From: Takakia lepidozioides
Lineage: Eukaryota > Plantae > Bryophyta
Assembly: GCA_030704615.1 (NCBI GenBank)
Contig: CM060732.1
Location: 29,140,001 to 29,204,000 of the forward strand
Direction of reading: 5' to 3'
Length of the DNA: 64,000 bases
Position numbers and translations under genes: made by a program
Notes under the pieces: model-generated
Databases searched by the model: none
What the model saw: the letters and a program-made list of their open reading frames with translations, nothing else
Told to the model about the DNA's origin: nothing
In this document: positions 54,968 to 64,000 of the stretch, one piece after another
Position numbering within the stretch: position 1 is the first letter of the stretch
Layout: each line of letters starts with the position of its first letter

Positions 54968-57358
54968 CTGGCCCTAGCGATGTAAGCAACAAAAAAACAG
55001 TCATTTATAAATGAACGTGTTGTGAATGTAGAGTGCAATGCCATAGCCCAACACTTTTACACATGTCACCAACTCAAGTAGGTCGATATGGGTTGTAATG
55101 TTGAGCTTATATATAATCTGCTGAAATGGCTTTGGTGGAAGCTACAACGGCAAAAAGTACGCACCCTCCTCTTGGGCTACACTCTCGTTCAATGGAAGAG
55201 AACATCCAAAGCAACCGCAAGTGTTTGCGCAAAAAGAAATGAGGAGCTTGGAGACCCTGCTCTCCTTTATATATGATCCAAGAATGATGAAAGTAAAATG
55301 AAAGTGAAATGAATAAATGACGAATCAATAGCGCCCACCCGAAAAAGACGGTACAACCATATTTGTTATAATTTTGAAATTAAGCGACTGCTAATACTTC
55401 AGTCGTCATTTTTATTTTTTATGCAAAACAAGCGACCGCCACTACTGCGGTCGCTTTTATTTCCTTTAATTTTGTGCAATATTGCAGTCACTTCTATTTT
55501 GTATATTTTAAAATTTAAGCGACCGCCCGTATGGTGGTCGCTTCATTTGTTAATATATTTAAAATAAAGCGACCGCCAATATGGTGGTCTTTGGCGGTCG
55601 CAAATAATAAAAAAAACCGTTCCATGCCTGCATGTATGCAGGAAGTCATTTTTTGGGTATGGAGGGGGAGGAGCGGTTTTATTCTCAATTCATCGCACCA
55701 CTGTCTGAGGGGTCATCACATTCGACCCAGACATTGTGGTGGAGCAGGATCTGCAAGCGCCCGATGCTCTGTATGTCGATTCCGATTTCTCATGTAAGTA
55801 AGTGAAAGTTCTATTGGGGCACTTGACTGACACGACGGCGCATCCTTCTGTATTCCTCTTTGATGCACAAGTTTGGCTAGCATAACATATATGGAGTTAC
55901 ATTATTGGTTTGAGTTTGTAGGAGTCCCGGGACGCCACGGTTTATGCCTTTCTTTGCCAACCCGGAATTTTCCCCAAGTCCAAGAGCGGATTTTGAATTG
56001 TCATATTATGCGGAGGCTGCAGTGTGCGAATTTAATCTCTTCTCATCTCCCCCTCTTGTACTTTACGACAGAGATGGTTTTATGCAGAGCAGGGCTAGTG
56101 TCTTTATAGACAATTGTGCCTTCATTTTCCCGGTATCAGCGTCACGTCCGTCCGTCAGCGTCACGTCAGGTTCGGGGAATATTCTGGTAAAAATAGTACC
56201 AGGTAAAACATTGCCACTTAAGCAGCCACGTCGCCGATACGGTGGCGGTGACAAATACATTTTAAAAATTAACAAAATGAACATGACCGCCAATTATGGC
56301 GGTCGCTTCAATTTATTTTTAAATAAAAGTAAGATTGGCAATCGCATTGGCGGTCGCCTGATTTAAAAAAAGAGAACAAGCGATTGCCGTATTGGTGATC
56401 GCACAATTTTGCAAATATATACAAAACAAGCGACCGGCGACCGCCATATGGCGGTCAGATAATTTCAGCATTATATTAAAAAAACAAGCGACCGTCATTT
56501 GGCGGTCGCTTAATTTCAAAAATATATATAGAAAATAAGCGACCGCCATATGGCGGTCGGTAAATTTAAAATTATATAAAAAATAAGCGACATATAAAAA
56601 TAAAAGCGACCGCCAGCTTGGCGGTCGCTTAAACTTGAAAATATAAAGATTAAAAACGACCGTCCTACTGGCGGTCACGTTTTTATTTTATTTTATTTTA
56701 TTTTATTTAATAAATATTAAGAATAAAAAACGACCGCCTTACTGGCGGTCATGTTTTTGTTTTTTTTACATATTCAGATATTTAGACATAAAAAACAATA
56801 CTGGCCGCCATACGGGTGGTCGCTTAAATTTAAAAACATATAAAATAGAAGTGACCGCAATATTACAGAAAATGAAATGAAATAAAAACGATCGCAATAG
56901 TGGTGGTCGTTTGTTTTTCATAAAAAAAATAAAGACCGCAGTATTAACGATCGTTTAATTTCAAAATTATAGCAAATATGGTTGTACCGCTTTTTTCGAG
57001 TGGGCGCTATTGGTTCGTCATTTATTCATTTCATTTTCATCCCTCCTGGATCATATATAAGGGAGAGCAGGGTCACCAAGCTCCTCAATTCTTTTGGCGC
57101 AAACACTTGAGGTTACTTTGAATGTTTTCTTCCATTGAACGAGAGTGTAGCCCAAGAGGAGGGTGCGCACTTTTTGCCGTTGTGGCTTTAACCAAAGTCA
57201 CTTCAGTAGATTGCGTATAAGCTCAACACTACAACCCACATCGACCCACTTGGATTGATGAAAGGTGTAGAAGTGTTGGGCTATCGCATTACACTCTACA
57301 TTCACAACACGTTCATTTATAGGTGACTATTATTTGTTGCTTACATCGCTAGGCCCAG
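54968..57358. mobile_element. Foldback-like structure with ~570-bp inverted arms (54968-~55540 and ~56800-57358)
   Basis: CTAGCGATGTAAGCAAC..CACCCTCCTCTTGGGCTACACTCTCGTTCAATGGAAG is present in reverse complement at the right end; no TSD recognised. Confidence 0.75.
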
Positions 57359-57376
57359 AGGAGTGGATATTGGGTG

Positions 57377-60081
57377 AAGATGAGGGAGAAATAAAACCCT
57401 TGGTATACGGTAATCTCGGACACTGTTAGTGCTACTGGTAGTGTTGAGTGCAACCTATGTGGATTAAAGCTTTCTTATTGTAAGGATCGGTTGCTCGCTC
57501 ACTTCGGCTATAGAGGTGTGAAGAGCGCTGGGGTGGGTTTATGCCCTAAAGCAACTATGCGGGTAAAAAACTTTGTCCAGTGTGGAGGCAATATTCCAAT
57601 GTCTCTGGATCTGGACATGACCTCTGAGCAGAACACTCCATCTCCTCGTCAGGATGCCCCGATTAGTACCCAAGACGACTCTTGTGATACTTCAGGTGTC
57701 CTTGGACAAGTGGGTTGTGCCAGAGCAACACCTGCTTCAATACCTTTTTGTACCCCTACACTTCAACGGAGTAGAGGATTACGACAGCAATCCATGCATG
57801 AAGGTCTTAACTAGTCTGCAAAAAAAGCAGTTGGATAAAAAATGGGCGCAGTTTTTCTTAGAGGCCAACTAACCATATTATATGGCAAGGCTTCCGACAT
57901 TTGTTTCTGCCATTAGAGCAACCTCGGAGTCCAGATCCACGTACGTGCCTCCGACTTATTCTCCGCACATGATTGCTAGAAGACACCATGACCAAGCTTA
58001 TCCATGTCAACGATAGGACGAACGAGTGCATCAGAAAACATGGAAGCACTATATATGCCGATGGTTGGAGTTCTGTTACAAATAGACCGTTGTTCAATGT
58101 CATGCTCGTATGTTCAGCTGGGAACAATTCTTGGGATCAGTCGACATTAGCGGCGAGAAGAAAGATGGACGTTATCAATGCCAACTAATGACGAACTTCA
58201 TCGAATAGGTCGGAAATGATAGAATCATACAAATATACATAGACAATACTGCTAACATGAGAAACACTGCAGACATGTTGTTGGCACGTTATCTTTATAT
58301 GTACTATTAAGGTTGTGCTATTCATATCATTGACCTCATTTTGAAAGATTGGGGAAAAGAACAATGGGTGAAACAACTTGTCAAGCGAGCGAAGACTGTT
58401 GTGTCATTCATCCGCACATACCACATCCATTTGGCAATATATAGGAGGCACGAACCCAAATGCAGTCTCCACAATCTAGGCGAAACTCGTTTTGCCACTA
58501 ACTTCTTGATGGTGGATCGGTTGGTGATGGTGAAGAGCAGTCTGGAGCATACAATCATTGATCCTCAATAGGATGCGTACACACTGATATTGCGAGACTC
58601 CAAAAAAGCCAAGTCATTGGGCAAAAGTCGAAAAGTTCGGAACAACATTTGAAGCGATGATTTCTGGAAGAAATGTGAAAACTTTGTTTATATGGTAGAG
58701 CCGGTGTTAATTGTCTTGCGGGAGTTTGATGGAAAACAATCAATAATGGGCAAGGCATGGTTACTAATGCAAAATCTTGAGAAGCACGTCCAATCCTTGA
58801 GGCATCCTCCCTTCTCCTTGGAACCTGAACTTACGGACAGTGCTTCGGATGCATTTTATGACTGTCGTTCGATGATTCGAACGGACTTGCATTATGCGGG
58901 GGCTTTACTCAATCCATTTTTGCTCGACAATACCATGCTCCGAGACTACGCTGATGCCAAGGCCGGCCTCATGCGAGTGCTCATACGACTGGCTCCGCCG
59001 AACATGACAGAGAGAGCTATATCCGAGTACCAATGCTTCTCAGATCGCCGCGACCCTTTTGAGGACATGTCGGATAAAAAAAAAACTCAATATGTTGTCA
59101 CATGAATGGGGGGACTTGATTTGAGCTGGAGCAAAAACATTGGCTCTCATTGCGAAGCGTATTCTTGCCAAAGTGTGCTCTGCCTCATCTTGCGAACGCA
59201 ATTGGAACAATTACTCATTTGTTCACAACAATATTCGCAACAGGTTGAATCTCGCGAGGGCTGACAAATTGGTGAATGTGTATACCAATTGTCGACTGCT
59301 ACGTGAGAAGGCAGCGGATGATGTTGCAGCATGGTATGAGAGGAATTTACATTCCGAAGACTCTGCTTCTAAGGTAGATTCAATGAGTGACGATACTGAG
59401 CCTCAGAGTGAATCATCTCAGAGGGAATCATTTGCCTCCGAGAGTGAAGATGGATCCGATGATGCTCCCGAAAATGCGTATGACTCGTTTACGTTCACAG
59501 ATGAAGATGCTTATATCCAACCGACCTTTGATGACCTTCTTGAGGAAGTACGTATCGCAGATAAAGGTGAAGTTGCAATTGTGTCCTCTTCAGAACATGG
59601 TCCTCAGAATGAAGTTGGGGTCGATCCTTGTCCCTCACTACACGCTGAAGCCACCGGTGGTGCCGCAATGGAGCTTAGGGGTGATGAACTTCTAGGACCG
59701 TGCGACGTACGCAACCCTGTTCATACATACGATGGTGCCGAACCCATTGTACAGTCAACGGGACGGGAACATGCCTCATCGATACGACCAGCTCTACCAC
59801 AATGCCAAAATCGATCGAGCTCCCCATCAACACAGCGGGCATTAAGGAGCAACAGGGTTGAGTTTTCCACACGCACGCATCATTCTGCTCTATTGGACCG
59901 GGCGGAAGTTGATGCCTCGATTGATAACAACCTGTCACTACAGTTCCACCTTAACCGACGTGTTGCGCAACAGACCCATGGTTCCTCATATGTCGGACCA
60001 TCTGATGCCGGTCCATCTCGGGCAGACCCCCCCTCCGGTACCTCCTTCGCGACTACCTTCGATTGCATCCCAAGTCTATAA
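57377..60081 (+). mobile_element. hAT-superfamily transposase pseudogene (BED finger, catalytic core, hATC dimerisation domain)
   Basis: CNLC..RLLAH (BED), TIYADGWSSVTNRPLFNV, CAIHIIDLILKD, ETRFATNFLM, LHYAGALLNP, SASSCERNWNNYSFVHNNIRNRL; stops and frameshifts. Confidence 0.9.
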
Positions 60082-60644
60082 ACGACAGAGAATAGTTCAA
60101 TCTTTTGTAGGCGATCGGCCTACAAACATGCCAAATACCGTGGATGATATTCAAGACCGGAGTGGGAGTCGACCTCAGAGAGAACTAAATGTGATTCGAG
60201 GTCGCTTGCAAATTCAAAGACCTCGACATATGAGGTCGGATAGGGAGGACAATTCCAGCACTGATCATGGCAATGGTGGTGAAGTCGAGGGTGACTCGGA
60301 TTTTCAGCCCATAGGAGCATTAGGATTAAGATCTTCTTCGTCCCACCGTCGAAGCAGTAGAAGGAATTGAAGCAAAACAACTCTAGGCATGCATCAGCAC
60401 ATTTTAGTAGATATGTTTACATTTCTGTAGTGAAGTAATACCAGTGTGATCATTGTCACTATGAGTATTTGTATTGCTATTGTGTATGTGTTGAGAAATA
60501 AAATATGTTGCCCATGTGTATACCACCCAAGATATCGGCCAAATGCACCGTCACTTACTCATGTTTCTGTTCGGTGATTTGCTTATGTAATGAAGAACAA
60601 TTGTGCCAATGCTTCCAACTCTGCTTTCATTTTTATTTTAATGC

Positions 60645-62930
60645 AGTATTCGGCATCACTGGCCGTCGCTTTTGTTTTTTATTCTTTGTAAATGCAGCAA
60701 ACGCGATGTACTAGCGGTCGTCTTTTGTTTTTCCATAAATTCAGCGACCGCCAGAATTGGCGGTCACTTTTGTTTTAGGGTTTACGGTAATTTCCTCGAC
60801 CGCCATTACCGGCGGTCGTTTTTTTAATTTTGAAAAATGGATCGACCGCCATATTTTGCGGTCGTTTTTTTGGATTTTTTAAATGGAGCGACCGCCAAGG
60901 TGACGGTTGCTTTTACGAGGTGTGCCATGCGCATGGAGCGAGGAATGAGGCGGGGGCATATAAGCTCCGACTCATTCTCTCCCCACTTCCATTACTAGCG
61001 GTCGTTTTTTTTTTTTTTTTTTTTGTGAAATGGAGCGACTGCCAAGGTGGCGGTCGCTTCTACGAGGTTTGCCCTGCGCGTGGAGCGAAGAATGAGGCGG
61101 GGGCCGGGGGGGATATGCTCTGAGTCATTCACTCCTCAATTCTATTACTGGCAGTCACTCGAAGTTTTTTTTTTCGGGAAAATGTAGCGACCGCCATTAC
61201 TAGCGGTCATTGTAATTGTTCTTTTTAAAAATGCAGCGACCGCCAGTAATGGCGGTCGCTTTTATTTTATTTTTTTGCGAAATGGAACGACCGCCATTAG
61301 TGGCGATCGTTTCTACGAGGTCTGCCCTGCGCGTGGAGCGAGGAATGAGGCGGGGGGGGGGGGGGATATATATTTTGTAAATGCAGTGACTGCCATTATT
61401 GGCAGTCGCTTTTATTTTAATTATTTTAGAAATGAAGCGACCGCCATTACTAGCGGTCACTTTTTATTTTTTGGAGGAAAATAGAGCGACCGCAATTACT
61501 GGCGGTCGCCGTAATTATTATTTTTTGTAAATGCAACGACCGCCATTAGTGGCGGTCGCTTTTATTTCAAATTTTGTTGGGGATGGAGCGACCGCCATTA
61601 TTGGCGGTGTTTTTTTTTTTTTTTTTAATTTTTTTAATTATTATTTTTAAATAATAATAATTATTTTTATTTATTTATTTTAAAATTAAATTAAATAATA
61701 AATCGCTTTGAAAATGGAGCGACCGCCATTACTGGCGGTCATTGTAATTATTTTAGTTTTATAAATGACGATTTTATTTCAATGTTTTTGGAAATGATGC
61801 GACCGCCATTATTGGCGGTCGTTTTATTTTTAATGTCATTGTAAATGTAGCGACTGCCAATGCTGGCGATCGCTTATTTATTTTATTTTCGGAAAATGGA
61901 GCGACCGCCAGTTCTGGCGGTCGCTAATTTATTTTGTTTTGGAAAATTGAGCGAACGTCAAGTGGGCGGTCGCTTCTAGAAGGTTTGCCCTGCACGTGGT
62001 CCGAGGAATAAAGGAGATGGGCATATAAGACAAGGGAGGCTCATCTCCTCTCACTTCCTCTCCACACAACTTTTGTGTACGTGACATTTCATTATTCCAC
62101 GACACGTAGTCACTTTGAGAATGAGTCCATCGGTTGGGTGGGGGGTATTTTTTGCCGCGATTTCTGTGAGGTCGTTGCAGAATGCTCCCATAGGCCCTCC
62201 TCTGGCTTCCATGATCATTTTATTCTACAAAATTAGCAGATAGAAACTATTCTGACATCTACTCAAACTCGTTTATGGTGAAGGATTTAGAGTTACGTCT
62301 TATTAGTAAACCTCGTTTAGTGTTGCTCCGATTGTTGTAGAATGGCCGAGGGCCATGACGATGAGCGTCATGGAAGAGATGACCCCAATGAACATGGACC
62401 GCCCCCCGATTATCAGCATCACGTCCATCCGTCAAAGTCAGGTCACGTTAGACCTGACGCTAACGGGATCACCGTCACGTCAGGTTCGGGGAATATTCTA
62501 GTAAAAATAGTACCAGGTAAAATACTTCCACTTAAGCAGCCACGTCGCCGACACGGTGGCGGTGGCAAATACATTTTGAAAATTAACAAAATGAACGCGA
62601 CCGCCAATTATGGCGGTCACTTTGTAAAAAAGAAATAGCGACCGCTATAATTGCCGGTCGCTCCAATTTTATTTTTTTAAACAGCAAGATTGGCGGTCGC
62701 ACAGACGGTCGCTCTAATTTTTAAATTAAAAAAAATAGTGACGGTTATCTTGGCGGTCGCACAATTTTGTAAATATATACAAAACAATCGACCGCAATAT
62801 GGCGGTCGGATAATTTTAAAAATATATATTAAAAAAAAAACAAGCGACCGCCAAATGGCGGTCGGATAATTTCAAATATATATATTATAAAAAACAAGCG
62901 ACCGCCATTGGGCGATCGCTTAATTTTTAT
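60645..62930. repeat. Arrays of short hairpins GCGACCGCCA-Nx-TGGCGGTCGC with AT-rich spacers (also at 55380-55600 and 56280-56960)
   Basis: Dozens of copies visible at 60645-61975 and 62595-62920; 62473-62930 is a direct repeat of 56159-~56600. Confidence 0.85.
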
Positions 62931-62949
62931 TTTTATTTTTATTTTTCCT

Positions 62950-63832
62950 GAATGTGCCTTAATCAGGGTGGTCTTCTGGTGTGCTATTTGGGATGAATGA
63001 CATCTACAAATAGCTCGGATTACATAACTTATGATTCGTTGTCATGTCCTTCTTCAAGGTGACCAGAAATCGATGCTGGGTAAACGTCAGGTCTTTTGTT
63101 TGCTTGGGTTCATTTGGAAGTTTTCCACCAAAAACAAAATAATAATAATAATATTTTTATTTTATTTTATTTATTTTATCCGGAATGTGCCAGATTAAGG
63201 TGTCATTGACGACAGCTTTAATCTGGGTGGTCTTCTAGTCTGTGCATGACATCTACAAATAGGTCGGACTACATAACTTATGATTCGTTGTCATGTCCTT
63301 CTTCCAGGTGGCCAGAAATCCATGCTGGGTAACGCCAAGTCTTTTGCTTGCAAGTTTTCCACCGAATTGTTTTTTAAAAAATCTGTTTTTTTTTTTTTTT
63401 TTCCCCTTGGAATGTGCTAGATTAAGGTGTCGTTGACGACAGCTTAATCTGGGTGGTCTTCTGGTCTGCTGTTTAGGGTGAATGACATCTACAAATAGCT
63501 CAGACTACATATTTTATGATTCGTTATCATGTCCTTCTTCCAGGTGACCTGAAATCCATGATGGATAAACGCTAGGTCTTTTGCTTGCAAAGTAGGGGTT
63601 GGGTTCATTTGCAAGTTTTCCACCAATTTTTTTTTCATTTAATTTTATTTAATTTTCCAGAATGTGCTAGATTAAGGTGTCATTGACGACAGCTTAATGT
63701 GGGTGTAAGCTATGATTCGTTGTTATTTTCTTCTTCCAGGTGACCAGAAATCTATGTTGGATAAACGCCAAGTCTTTTGCTTGCAAGCAGGGGTTGGGGT
63801 TCATTTGAAAGTTTTCCAAAAATAACAATAAC

Positions 63833-63884
<52 letters not shown>

Positions 63885-63960
63885 CCGTTTTTGTTTTTTT
63901 TTTGTTTTTTTTGTGGAGATTAAGATGGCGTTGATGACAGCTTAATCTGGCTGGTCTTCT
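62950..63960. repeat. Tandem repeat, unit ~230-250 bp (about 4.5 copies), with an (AAT)n tract at ~63821-63883
   Basis: GAATGTGC..TGATTCGTTGTCATGTCCTTCTTCCAGGTGACCAGAAATC..AAGTTTTCCACC units begin at ~62950, 63183, 63410, 63660, ~63915. Confidence 0.88.
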
Positions 63961-64000
63961 GGGTTGGAATTGATTTTGGCGTTTGCAAAAAATACGGAGG

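Noticed and set aside
60645-62930. CRISPR or bacterial REP array from palindromic repeats
   Set aside because: Spacers are low-complexity AT tracts of irregular length, repeats are degenerate, and the context is plant transposon debris.

Overview
Eukaryotic nuclear DNA, most likely from a non-seed land plant (inferred from GT-AG introns, PLS-class PPR relics, fungal-like Tcn1-type chromovirus and an RTEX-like LINE). A gene-rich core at about 12-35 kb holds three apparently intact spliced genes: PYG7/Ycf37-like TPR protein (+), cytosolic tryptophanyl-tRNA synthetase (-) and organellar leucyl-tRNA synthetase (+). The two synthetases sit head-to-head 460 bp apart. The flanks are transposon and pseudogene rich: a very young but gag-less chromoviral LTR element, three older Ty3/Gypsy relics (one with a PHD-finger integrase split by a clean inversion), a hAT transposase relic, hairpin-repeat arrays, a foldback-like structure and two satellite-like arrays. 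Two observations stand out. (1) A LINE repeatedly inserts at the edge of (TC)n microsatellites and builds polarised, target-site-duplication-punctuated stacks of its own 3' ends. (2) Degenerate genes carry the OSB-type PDF single-stranded-DNA-binding motif in frame with PLS-class PPR repeats. All coordinates were read by eye; no searches were run.
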